Origin: Marsupella aquatica
Taxonomy: Eukaryota; Plantae; Marchantiophyta
Assembly (NCBI GenBank): GCA_973895155.1
Contig: OZ316899.1
Span: 13,271,934 to 13,335,933, forward strand
Direction: 5' to 3'
Length of the DNA: 64,000 nucleotides
The notes beneath the pieces were generated by a model. It had not been told where the DNA came from and made no database searches. It saw nothing but the letters and a program-made list of their open reading frames with translations. Made by a program: the position numbers and the translations under genes. Shown here piece by piece: positions 35,254-46,699 of this stretch (positions are counted from its first letter, which is position 1; every line of letters begins with the position of its first letter).

Positions 35254-35489
35254 GCACGATGCAACCCGTAGGAGGACCCTACACAGGGCCTGACGGTCTG
35301 GAAGAGGCAGCATACCCACCAAAGTCTTCAGCCAAACAGAGCCCAGCAAGTAGATTCACAATCACACCCCACGCAGCAGGAAACAACAATCACTTCAACT
35401 GCGACCAACCATGACAAGATGAGTTAGTTCAAGGATCACATTTATTACAAAATTGTGATTTATACAAAAATATGAGGGACTCCTACTCC

Positions 35490-36338
35490 TCACTCTCTCC
35501 CACCTTTGCTAAGCATACATCTCCGCTGAATCTTGGAGGGCCAGGCCTCAAAAATATCAAAGTCCCAAGCATTCTGTCGCTTCCCTCTAGCTGCTGATTC
35601 CAGAAGCCAATCAGGGGAAAGCACCCAAAGATTGTTGTTCATGACAAAATCACGCACTGTTGTCTTAAAGAATTTTCTGCATATTTTCATGTATGACAGA
35701 CCTACAACATGAGTGGAGGTTTCTGTTAGACTCTCCTCCACTGTCCCACCTAGCTCAACAACTATAGACTTGTACAGTCTGCACTTAGTCTCCCCAATTC
35801 CTTCTTCTGCAAATACCACACTGAACCCCTTCATAATGGTATTTCTCTCCTTGCCATGCTCATTCAATATAGCATCTGCACGCATAGGATGGTGTCCTAT
35901 GTTGACAACAGGTCCATATTGGACAGAAGCAAAGTTGGGTTTCTCTGCCACTGCTTCATAGGCTTCCTTTTCAGCCAAAGCCTCTGCAGTGGCCTCCTCA
36001 CTCTCCCACAACTCATATTGCTCAGTACTCTGTACACACCTATGTTTAACAGAATCGGTCAGCCAAGAGACTTCAACTACTTTTAGACCTTGGTTGGTAA
36101 TGGCAGAATCAATGAAGGACCATGACCACTTGTTCATCACATCCAGCCATGTCCCCGCAACAACATGTGTAGTTTGTGGAGTGATGTCCTTGACTTCAGT
36201 CCCATGGAACTCTGAGAATCGTTTTTGTACGATTGGCCAACTCACTTGGGTGAACCCATAGTGGCCAGGAATCAAAATGGCTTTGATTCCAGCCAACAGA
36301 GGCGGGTGGTCAACATTTGTACGTTTCCTAGAGGCCAT
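35490..36338 (-). CDS. CACTA cargo: tandem BRCT-domain protein
   Basis: Two repeats with G...(T/S)THVV...V...W L.(D/E)S BRCT signatures (TTHVVA..VEVSWLTDSV; LGGTVEESLTETSTHVVG..LSPDWLLESA); intact, intronless. Confidence 0.85.
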   Translation of the reverse strand: MASRKRTNVDHPPLLAGIKAILIPGHYGFTQVSWPIVQKRFSEFHGTEVKDITPQTTHVVAGTWLDVMNKWSWSFIDSAITNQGLKVVEVSWLTDSVKHRCVQSTEQYELWESEEATAEALAEKEAYEAVAEKPNFASVQYGPVVNIGHHPMRADAILNEHGKERNTIMKGFSVVFAEEGIGETKCRLYKSIVVELGGTVEESLTETSTHVVGLSYMKICRKFFKTTVRDFVMNNNLWVLSPDWLLESAARGKRQNAWDFDIFEAWPSKIQRRCMLSKGGRE

Positions 36339-36938
36339 GTACACACGGGCCACCTAATCACTGCAAACCGGAAGATAATGCGTTCACCTGATAATCGGAG
36401 GGCCCTTAAAATGCTGCGTTTATAACTTGGTCCAGTCCAGTCGTCTGGTGAGTCTCTGCTCCGATTCCAAACGGGAGAAATATTGGGACAAACGTACTAG
36501 ACACCTGCAAGCATGCACTTCATAGTTTGAATATGTGCCTTCACAATATTGAAGGTGACAAGTGCAATTGTTTTGTGATGCCACATACAGATGTTTCGTA
36601 TGGGGGCAGACATTCAATGAGAATACAAAATGTTGGTACACTTTAAGGGAATTCTCGCAAATTAAATAGCCTTGTAACTTATATGCTCATAATGAGAAGT
36701 CCTGATTTAATTTAAGCAGTGTCATGTAAGTCGTGATCAAAATGATTGCAGAGTTAAAAAAGTTCCTAGAAGGCTTAAGGGGAGATTTTGAAGGCATGTA
36801 CCCAGGAACAAGTAATGAACTTAGGGTACTTGTTGCCTAAGCATCCTCTCCTACAGAGGTCCTTCTTCTCAAAATTGGAATGTCTGCAATCTCCAAGGTA
36901 TCCACATCAGGTGCACTATGCATGTACATTATTCAGGT

Positions 36939-37619
36939 TCAAAGCCAAGAAATGTGATCTCTCATGGGAGTGTGCAAAGTAGGATCTATGGCATGGCGAT
37001 GACAATAGAAGATCCATCGATCAACACCATGTGCAGAGTGATCATAGATGTGTCTGTCACAAGCATAGCCTTCTGCTTGACGCTCCTTCAAACAATGAAA
37101 GTGCCACATGGTGGGACACCTAACACAGTGGACTATGTCCACCCAGAAATCTTCATCGTGCTGACCACATGCCTTGCACTTATGAAGTGGGCAAGCTGTG
37201 GCAAGATCGGGCAAACATGAAAAACAAAAGAACCTCACACAATATCTGTCAGGGCATTTCCTAACAAGTGGTGGAGCATCAACAGAGCCCTCATAAGACC
37301 CCAACTTCCCACACTGTGCACACTTAGCCTGCTTCTCCAAACAATCAGTGCACATCCAGCCTCCTTGGTGTGCTGACGGGAGGCCCACCCCTGGACAGTT
37401 GTTTTCTGCAGCAAGGTCAGACTCCGGGTTGAGGTGGAAATGCCTCATGCAAGGGCCCTCACATATGGCTAAGTCACCACCATCGTCACAAATGGCACAA
37501 CAATGAGCTGCCTTCTGGAAAATCTGACTTGCGGAGAAGTTACTACCATCTGGCCCAACTACACCTGTGTTGCTCACCTCTGTCCCCCGCTTCTTGGCTC
37601 GGATTTTAGGGCGTGCCAT
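36939..37619 (-). CDS. CACTA cargo: stand-alone EDM2-like composite PHD-finger protein
   Basis: CAICDDGGDLAICEGPCMRHFH...CAQCGKLGS...CPLHKCKAC...CVRCP..WH..CL...IFYC.RHAIDP.L.TP.RDHI follows the EDM2 PHD cassette pattern; intact 226 aa with a basic NLS-like N-terminus. Confidence 0.88.
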   Translation of the reverse strand: MARPKIRAKKRGTEVSNTGVVGPDGSNFSASQIFQKAAHCCAICDDGGDLAICEGPCMRHFHLNPESDLAAENNCPGVGLPSAHQGGWMCTDCLEKQAKCAQCGKLGSYEGSVDAPPLVRKCPDRYCVRFFCFSCLPDLATACPLHKCKACGQHDEDFWVDIVHCVRCPTMWHFHCLKERQAEGYACDRHIYDHSAHGVDRWIFYCHRHAIDPTLHTPMRDHISWL

Positions 37620-38288
37620 GCCTACGCATGAGACAGATAGTACAATTTAGCAGAGTGCACAGACAATACAATTTAGTGCAGTGTACAAAAAGTACAGTGT
37701 AGCATATAGACTAGAGTGGCAATTGCTACTGCAATGAAATGTTCACACACATGTGCAGAGTAGACATACTTTTTGGTTTGTTGAGCCCACACTAAAAACT
37801 GATCCCCTCGTACAATAGCTCCACCTACACCTCAATTTTGTGGCTATGATTCACCAAAGGAGATCTGCAACAAGATTTAATGCATTTGAATCACATATAA
37901 CAGTCGTGACATGTAAAACAGACATTTTTTGAACAGGATTGGTATCAAGCAGTGTGATCAGGGTTGTAATTTATACATCCTAAATAGGCTATGATAGTGA
38001 ATGAGACAAATAAGTTAGGCATAAATCACTTTTTCCAGGTTATCACATGGCCCATTAATTCCAGTCTTTGAAAGGAGACTTTTAAGTGAGCTTGCTAGCC
38101 TCTTAAATTAGGATATTGTACTTAGTGCAGCCATAATAGGATAAGTTATGTACTGTTGACCCTAAACCCTGGACCCAAAATTGGTCATAATTCAAAATCT
38201 TAAGTAAATATCCTCTCTGTTCAAGTCAAAGTGTTAAGTTATAGGTCAATGGTCTCTGGTTTGTGCATGCGGTGTGACAAGTGGTCCT

Positions 38289-38738
38289 CTAGAGCGTGTG
38301 ATCCAAACATGTGTAGACACCAAAGTGACCGGTGGTGGGGTCTGGGAGGGCAGGACAAGTGACATCGCCAGGCACACTGCAGGATGGCGAGTGGTTCCAG
38401 ATGATACATTGTGCTCTGTGAAAAAACCGACATCCAAGAGAACGGTCATCCAACTCTAGGCCAGAAGCCCTACAGGCAGGACAGTCATATTGGCAACTGT
38501 GCACACACCCTTGGGCCCTAATTTGTGGCGGGTCATGTACAAGAGACAGAAATACCAAGGATGTTGGGAAGGGTGGAGAAGCAGGTACAGGCCGGCTGTA
38601 GTTGTTCCTGGCAACAACTGGGTACTCAAAGTACCATGCAGACTGGGCTGGAAGGATCCCAAGTCTGACATACTCAAGGCGCAACATCTCTGCCTTGCGT
38701 GCAAGCCGCACATGTTCAGCGTTGCGGGTCCTCACCAT
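38289..38738 (-). CDS. CACTA cargo: hypothetical Cys/His-rich protein
   Basis: 149-aa open frame on the same strand as the other cargo, with a Cys/His-rich C-half (CVHSCQYDCPAC...CRFFH...C...H.PSC). No family recognised. Confidence 0.45.
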   Translation of the reverse strand: MVRTRNAEHVRLARKAEMLRLEYVRLGILPAQSAWYFEYPVVARNNYSRPVPASPPFPTSLVFLSLVHDPPQIRAQGCVHSCQYDCPACRASGLELDDRSLGCRFFHRAQCIIWNHSPSCSVPGDVTCPALPDPTTGHFGVYTCLDHTL

Positions 38739-41269
38739 AAGTGTTGCTTTTGTGGAGATGTCGTGTGTTCACGTCCTCTGATAAGCACCTTCGATCAGCA
38801 AGGTGAGCAGGAGCTGTACTTGCCTCACCAACAGCAACCAACCTTAAATTATCAGTTCCCACTCACTGTGTCATTCCATTGGTTCCAGCTAGGGGTCACA
38901 GTGTAAACATAGCATGAAACACTCCTAATCAACTTGCTTACAAACTACAATATCCAGAAAGAGTGAAAGTCTCACCCTCCAGTGAGCAGCAGAGAGGTAG
39001 TTCACTAGATGTGTTGATGTGCAGTTAAACCTCCACTATTGCTTACTTCTGGTGTATGCTGCTCAGAAGAAGACATATTAGTAGCAGCAAATTGCAAATA
39101 ATGGCCATAAGCAAACCGTGAGAGTTTGCAGAATGCTACGACAAATCCATCACAGCAGTGCTCCACAGGAATGAAACCAAGCAAAATTTGGTGACCTCGG
39201 CCAATGACAAGGCCAATGTAGTGAACAATCCTTGACCGATCAGGATATGGATTGGAATTACAATTAGTCAGCTCTTCTTCTTTGTTTTCTAACTCTGGGG
39301 GAAATGAGCATGGCCAGGGAATTCTCTGAGAAATAGAAGTGCACAGGGAAAATGAAATTGGCTCATTCAGCTGCGCAAGACCGACCATTGCAGCATACTT
39401 GGACAGTTGTTCCGCAATACATAAAATACCCTGACTTACATGCAATCGATACAATCTGCTTCTGTTGGCTGTCCTACAGCTCATGGCAGTGCCGTTGGGA
39501 TAGGGTAAGTGAATATTGCCATAGCTGAAGCACATTGAGCTTGCAGCAAGAAGTGAAGGAGCATGGCCAAAAGCAGAAAAGACAGACAGGTTTTACAAGA
39601 AGAAACTAACAACCGCCAATCTGCTCAAATCCGCTGCATAGATCAAACCCTCCAAACTACACAGCCCTCCTTTGAAAACAATCCAATGTGCTTTGGCTGG
39701 TGGATGACAAGGACTGGGAGAAGAGGAAACGTCTGCACAATCAATCCAAATGACGGGACACAGAGACCAGGCACAGAGAGGATTTGTGCTTAGACAAAAA
39801 CCACAAATTGTAGCATGGGCGCCATAGCATTCTAGACAAAGCACAAAACATAGAATCTATGAATCTATGACTCATGGACTAACAAAATGATTGGGTAGCA
39901 TGGCAAAAGGAAAGACAAATTTCAAAATGACAACATGGCCCGTTTCCGCCATTCATTTGACGTTGCTAGGTGTCCGTAAGATGACTGACCCACAGACAAT
40001 CCCGACAACCTCATCTGACAGACTGCTTTTCTAGTGTGAAGAAATACATGATTACAAGCAACACCATGCCTCATCCAAGCAGGGAATTGAAAACATAACC
40101 ATGTCATTCCTGTATTGGACAGTGTCCTCTGCCATTGCACTGCATAGTTGTTATTCCATGTTGGTTGTCAACAGTTTGTTGGCTTGCCACAGCCTAGATA
40201 GAACAATAAAATACTGTATATGAATACAACAAGAAAAATCTGCATACAGCGATGGCCTGGTCACTTGAGGAAAAAACAAAACTAAGAAGGCAGGCACACG
40301 GGCAACCGAGAAAAAAAGCTAGTGGCGCCTCGCGGAGAATCCAGAATGGTAATGCCCTTGCCCAGAAGCTTGGGAAACAAAAGAGAAAAAAACAAAAACG
40401 AGCTACCGACCACCGTCTTGACCAGGCCCGACATCCAAGGTATGGCTGGAGGCTGTGGTCCCCCCCTTAGTAAAGAAAAGGATGCAAGTCGGAGCACGGG
40501 GCACAAGGCATGTTTGGATCCAGGGAGGAGCAAAACAGTAATGTCAAGCAAGAAGTGTGGAGAGACCAAATTCAGTAAACAAAAATAGGGGAGAACAAAC
40601 ATACATCAGCAGCAGCAGGAAACGAGAAAGTTGATTTGGGAGGGATTGTAGGGAGAGAGCTTTCGGTGGGCTCGGCTATGCGTGAAATATCGGGAGATAG
40701 ATGTGCGAGAGAGTGAAGAGGGTGGCAAGCGGAAGACAGGTTGGGACTGGTCCCTTGGTGCCGGGGGGTAATATATGGGGTTTCAATGAACAATGGGCCA
40801 GTTTGAGGAGGATTAAGTAGCGCACACCCCACGTTCTTGGGTGGTGGTTGGGTGGGGTTTTGTTTGATTGAAGAAGAAATCACCATTATCTTCTGGAAGA
40901 AAGAAAATTGCAGGAAACAGTGGACGGGAGAACAAGGCATGTAATAGAGTACTCGCGGTTACTCTAACGGTGCACGAACACTCACCTCTGTCTTCCGCTT
41001 TGTCAATGTGGCCGATAAATCCCAGAGCGCTGCCAAGCTTGGTCGTTGCTCGATGGTTGAAAGTGCGCAGCTCAGGTCCCTAGCTGAATGTTCAACTCAA
41101 TGTGGGATGCGGCATCTCCTCTTGGTTGACAACGCGCAATAGCGCTTGATGGTTGACAGTGCGCAGCTCAGCTTCGAGTTCCAACGTTACGATGCACAAC
41201 GTTACGAACACACAACAATGGGAGTAGGCGGCGACAGGAATATCAGCTCTGAAGTGCAACCTTCACAGC

Positions 41270-41686
41270 TCACGCACATTCCAAGACTGCAAAAAAAGTC
41301 CGGTTCATGTTGTTACCGATTCTCACACCACATAAAGTCCACAATCCATAAAACACCCGTAGCGCGCCCGTAGAATAGATGCAACCCGCATGCAGCTTCA
41401 CCAGCTGCAAATGGTAAGCAACAATAGAGGTAGTGGCAAGCAGAGAAAATAGAGAAGGCCAAGCATAGGCGACTTCAACTCTAACCTCCTTGCTTGACCC
41501 AGGCCTGAATGTCAGTCCACAGTGACCTCCAATCTGTTCGATCCCTTCCGCAAGCAGCCGAGCGGCAGACGACAATGTAGGGATCAAGAACCAAGTGCCA
41601 GGCGGACATTGCACAAAATGAGGAACGGGGGCATAGACAAAATCTACCGAAATGTACCGAAATCTACTCCCTGGGGTCCAGCCCAC
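41270..41686 (-). CDS. CACTA cargo: hypothetical protein
   Basis: 138-aa ORF on the element's coding strand; no motif recognised. Confidence 0.25.
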   Translation of the reverse strand: MGWTPGSRFRYISVDFVYAPVPHFVQCPPGTWFLIPTLSSAARLLAEGIEQIGGHCGLTFRPGSSKEVRVEVAYAWPSLFSLLATTSIVAYHLQLVKLHAGCIYSTGALRVFYGLWTLCGVRIGNNMNRTFFAVLECA

Positions 41687-44600
41687 GGATGGACATCATG
41701 CAAGGTGGTCAAAAATGGTAAGTGCAATCATTGGAGAGTTGTAGTCGCGATTACTAACGGTGCATCCACAAAATGCGTCGTCAAGTTGTCGGTGCGGCCG
41801 CAACAATTTTGACAGTCTCAGGATCACAGGTCCACAAACAAGTTGCAAATGAAGACACACAACGTCCAGGAGGGAAAGTCCGCAACACTAACCCTTTGTA
41901 AAGCCCCCGAGCTTACCTTCTAGCTGCCGACGCAAAGAGAAAACCTACTTGGACACTGAAGCAACCCTAAACTCAGAGTCTCACCTTAGCGCAACATCTC
42001 CTGGATTGGATTCAGCTAGCGTTGGCCCACTCTAAGCTCCCGCGCCGCTCCTTGTTGCTTCACCGTGTCCTCCCCAATGCCTCCTTTGGAGTCGCATGTA
42101 GTCTGCAGCTCACGACTCACGAACGTTAGGCCCACAACCTTGCACAAGACACAAACGGCATTCACTATGTTCACCCAATGCCTCTGCACAGGTGCTATAT
42201 TCGGGTCGATCCTGCATTCAGCGATGGCGGTAAAAGGTAAGGGGCAATCTTCAATCGTCACAAGACAGCGCTACACATTCAACCAGCACAGGGAGTAGAC
42301 GCTAGCAGCTTTGCATTTGAACGCTTGGCAGATCAATGCACTTACAACAGGAGGATGCAACTGCTCACAGCTCGCGTGAGGTGCTCGGGATGGCAAGAGT
42401 GTATACACTTAGAGCAGCATGACGCTTGGACTGATCGAGAAAGCTCATTGTCAATGAAAAACCCTTTGGCAAAACCCCGAACACCCAAGACCCCACCACC
42501 TTGTTTCGACCACTAAGTCACGAAGAATTCTCCCGCGCCTTGCCCATGTAGTTTAGTCCGGCCCAAAAGTTAAGCGTAAACCCTTAAACAGAATTAGGGG
42601 AAGGAATTTACAAAGCCCTAACCGTTGGGGTGAGCCGTTGAGCACAGAAGCATATGTTCTGTAAACACTAGTGGACTCCAACAAGGCAAAAATGGCCTGG
42701 CAAATTACCCTAAGAAGGCAATGAATGGTCATATTTGCACATACATGGTCGGCACATAGTGGCATTCTATTGTGCCATAATCAGGATTAAGGTTGCCCAA
42801 CATTAAATCCAGTCCTAAAATGCAATATTCCTAATTTGCTATGATGACCAAAGCACTTACAGTCACCCTAACCCAAGACTTAGTGCAAGCAGTCATGTAA
42901 GCTCGTTTCCGTTGAGGTGACCCGTTGAGCATAATAAGTACGTCCGCGCCAGAGTGTTAGGCAACAAAAGACACAAAACTAACACGGGTTAAGGATAACT
43001 TTAAATAAAATCCTTTGGTGACAAAGTCATGGCCACTTAATTAGTTGTGCCCCACCCTAACCCTCCCCCCCCCCCCCCCCCTTGTGGAATTAATCTTGGA
43101 TCAAAAGGCACCATCATTTAGACTAAAATCAATCACGGGCTAGACTGTTCATTGTGCCAATTAGTGGCCATGACCCTATTAAAATGACACTAGTTGGCAA
43201 TGCGGAATATATCATGGTGTGGGAGTTGTACCTAGCTAGGGTTATAGTGATGCATTAGTTCCGGTTCCGGTTAGAAACCACCCTAAGCCCTCTAGTACAG
43301 TTGTACCCTAAGTTATGAAAAGTACCCGTTACATGGATATTTACGGTGCAATGTTAGTTAAGGTTGGTGATATATACAAGGCATGTCCTTAAGCACTTAG
43401 GCCAAAAAGTAGCATGTCACCGGTCCTTCTTAAGTATACTCTTATCATGAACCCTTGTAAGACTTTGTATTATACTAGTCTTTGTGTGGACCTTTAGAGT
43501 GATTCCAAGAACAAAACCCATGATGTCCTAGAGTGTTCACCCTTCACAAAGTAGCAAGGTTACTTTTCATAGTCTTTAACTAAACCGGAAAACACTCAAA
43601 GTCTTTTATAGTCTTTAACAAAACCTTGGCAATGGATGCGAGTCATTTAAAGTATGGAAGAAGGACTTAGTGGGCTTAGTCCTATAAGGTATGGTCTAAA
43701 TTACCCCGATTTCTACTAGTGAATCACAAAATTGTAGCCATCAATCTAATCTATGTGCTAATCCTAATTGGGCAATCTGTCATTGCCAGCACCACAAGCA
43801 CTCACCATGGTGTGTTGGGCATCACTCCAACATCACATGAGAGAAATACACAGCAAAACTAGAGTGTCTGGTTGCTAGCCCAAATTACTCGTACGAAATC
43901 AAACGCCCACAGAACACTAACATGGCGTGTTGGCAGGAAGCATGTGTGGAGAGGGTCCAACAACAAGAGTGGATAAGCAACAACTCTCCACACCAAGAGT
44001 GATCACAAATCAATCAAACAATGTTCATAACGTTCAATGTAGGACCTTCATAATAGGCCTCAAGAATCCCGCGTCAAATATTCAAGAATCCATTGCAAAC
44101 AAGTTCAAATAGAGTAGTTAGATGAATTCAAAAGTGCATAAAATCCCTAGGTCCTCATTCCTTGGACACCAAGTGTGGAAGGAAGCATGTACAATGCACT
44201 ACATAAGAACTAGCTAGTTAAGCGCATGAGGGGAGGAATAGCCTTGGGATGGGTGACCTTTCACTTGTCATTATGCACAAAATCTGGCTACTCTGCCCTC
44301 ATGTCTCGCTCCTACTCCGCCCTCACGTCTCGAGTAACCATGAGTTGCCTCAAAGCCTCGAAATGCCAAGATGAGCCAAAGAGTGAGTCTGCAACGCATC
44401 GCCACATTAGTATCCATTCAGATTCTGCAACATCCGGGAGCACTTCTTTCATAGATAACACAGGGTTTAGTGCATCATTGCTGCGCCCAAAGGCGATGTC
44501 GTATGACAGTCATCTGGTCGGGATCGGTATCCACAAACGATCGCAACTCGGCGACAATCAATCAATTTATCAACATTGCGACTGCTTCCTCCACAAAAAT

Positions 44601-45554
44601 GGTAGATTTGTGTCTACAACTATACAGGTGTCATCGATCAAAATAGCAACTTTCAAACTCAGTTTCCTTCACAAAACAGCCTGCCAGCACACCGAGTACT
44701 GATCTAGCTTGTTCCTTGACAAAATCCTGCACTGTCCAAGCGCAAATCAGTAGCGGTTGAAGGCAAGGCGTAGATCAAACACCGCCAAACTTGATCTCAG
44801 CCAGTCAATCGATAGGCAAGGAACACAAATGATTTGTACACAAACTGTCGACAAATCCAATACCAACGTGATCCAAATCTGATTAGCGTCGCATACAGGC
44901 TACAAATCTGTTGAACCTCCAACTCTAGGTCCGCTCAAGAATCAAACTCATATGATCTTAACTTGGATCCACATACCAGCGATCCACTCAAGCAATACGA
45001 TGCGCGATCTGAGATACCACAAACCGTCGCCAAATACAATCAAACTGAAAATCAAAGCTCTGTCCAATAGTCCGTACGGCAGTAGAGTTTGGTCGATCTT
45101 TCAATGTAATCTCAATAGAATCCAAACAACGATGGACGCCAACAATACACATTCAATCCCGTTTGATCCGATCACACACGTATGTCAAGCCAACGCACCT
45201 TGCACTCAAGGAATCCACGCTACATAGAGAGATCTCTCAGCCACCATAGCCACCACACAAGCTCCCCTCTCCAAGGCTCAACATTGAAAGATAACCTTTC
45301 AATGCCGATAGAAAATCTATCAACAATCATCCTATCGTCGTTGATAGATTCTCTATTCTCTATTCTCAACGATCAATCTATCGTCGTTGATAGATTCTCT
45401 AGAAAAATCATCTTGCCGGCTGATTTCCTATACTCATCATTCCCCAATTTTCAAGTTTTGGCGACTTGTGAGTTGTTAGTACTTCTCCCATGCCATGACC
45501 CTTCCAACCAATGACCTTAATTTGGTGATTCTTGAATGGCCTGGTCCCACTTTG

Positions 45555-45985
45555 GAGTACCATGGTCCTGTTAGGGTACTCTCTCTTCCTGGGTACCCTG
45601 TTCTCCTTAGTACCCTGTGATGAAGTACCCTCTCAATTCTTGAGTACCCTGTGATGGGGTTTTCTCCCTTTTGAGTACCATGTGATGAAGTACCCTCTCA
45701 ATTCTTGAGTACCCTGGTCTGGGTACTCTCCCTCTTTATGAGTACACTCTTCATCTTATGAGTACCCTCTGATGGGGTATTCTCCCTTCTTGAGTACATT
45801 ATGATGAAGTACCCTCTCAATTCTTGAGTACCCTGGTCTAAGTACTCTCCCTCTTTATGAGTACCCTCTTCTTATGAGTAAAGTGTGATGGGGTATTCTC
45901 TCGGGGTATTCTCCCTTCTTGAGTACTTTGTGATGAACTACCCTCTCAAGTCTTGAGTACCCTGTGTCGAGGTACCCTCTTCTCA
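45555..45985. repeat. Degenerate tandem array built on GAGTACCCT
   Basis: Repeated GATGAAGTACCCTCTCAATTCTTGAGTACCCTG units and variants. Confidence 0.8.
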
Positions 45986-46699
45986 CTTAGGGCACCCCTT
46001 TTTTCACTCCAGGCCTTGCTCAGGGCGCTTCTTGTTAACTTGCAGAGAATGGCTAAGCGACTTAGCGGCCTAGCGGTTTTGCAACAAAACTGCTAGACAT
46101 CTATTATTTATGATTTTTAAATTTTTAACTTGAACTCCATTTCCACTGAAAGTTTTTCAGTAGTGTATTCCTCTACCTATAATCTATCCCCTGGCAAAAA
46201 CTCGAACAATTTGGACAACTATAAGTCATCTTGAAAAATCTTCAAATCTAACAAACAAATAATTTGTCGAAAAAAACAGAAAAAATTCTAACTACTCTAG
46301 ATACTCTTTTAATTACTTTGTAGTTTTCCTTAGACCCTTAGTAATACCAGGTTAACCTTTCCCATCTTTTGGCCTACCCTTGGTCACATATTCTAACTAA
46401 GTAAGAAGAAGTGTCCATGTTTCTCTTTCTCTAAATTCCTATTAGCATAACTACTCCCCCCAACCACCTGACCTTTTGTCGCAAAGAGTGACCTTTTTTG
46501 GCCTGGTTTTGCTTTAAACCCTTTGCAGCCTGATGGTGTTTGCTCTCGGCCCTGTGGTTTCCAATAGGCGTCCGATGCTTTCTGCATTGGACCCCTTGTT
46601 ATTCATTTTTTGCCACTAAGTTTCCAATTGGTTTCCGATACTGCAACAATTGGATTGAGAATCGGACCCCTCATCGAAAGCTTAATTAAATTAGGTTGT

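Larger units (their letters stand above)
26489..43721 (-). mobile_element. Complete-ended 17.2-kb CACTA transposon with cargo genes
   Basis: TIRs CACTAGTAGAAACCGGGG and CCCCGATTTCTACTAGTG; 3-bp TSD AAT (26486-26488 and 43722-43724); AGTC/GACT subterminal repeats; TnpD and TnpA-like genes inside; the interrupted sequence rejoins. Confidence 0.96.
25357..45306 (-). mobile_element. Second, diverged and truncated copy of the DNMT-retroelement family (pieces 25357-26488 and 43725-45306), split by the CACTA element
   Basis: 25357-26488 is the reverse-complement homologue of gag (FTPFMAWKGLFQHLEG, CWTCGGDHA). 43725-45306 is homologous to the leader and part of repeat A. Confidence 0.9.

Noticed and set aside
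43064-43081. Poly-C run and scattered AAACCCTA motifs as telomeric or G4 features
   Set aside because: Isolated homopolymer and single motifs with no array.
44197-44207. CACTACA as another CACTA terminus
   Set aside because: It lies inside sequence colinear with the retroelement leader, with no partner TIR or TSD.
45555-45985. CRISPR-like array
   Set aside because: The repeats are degenerate with no unique spacers, there are no cas genes, and the context is eukaryotic.
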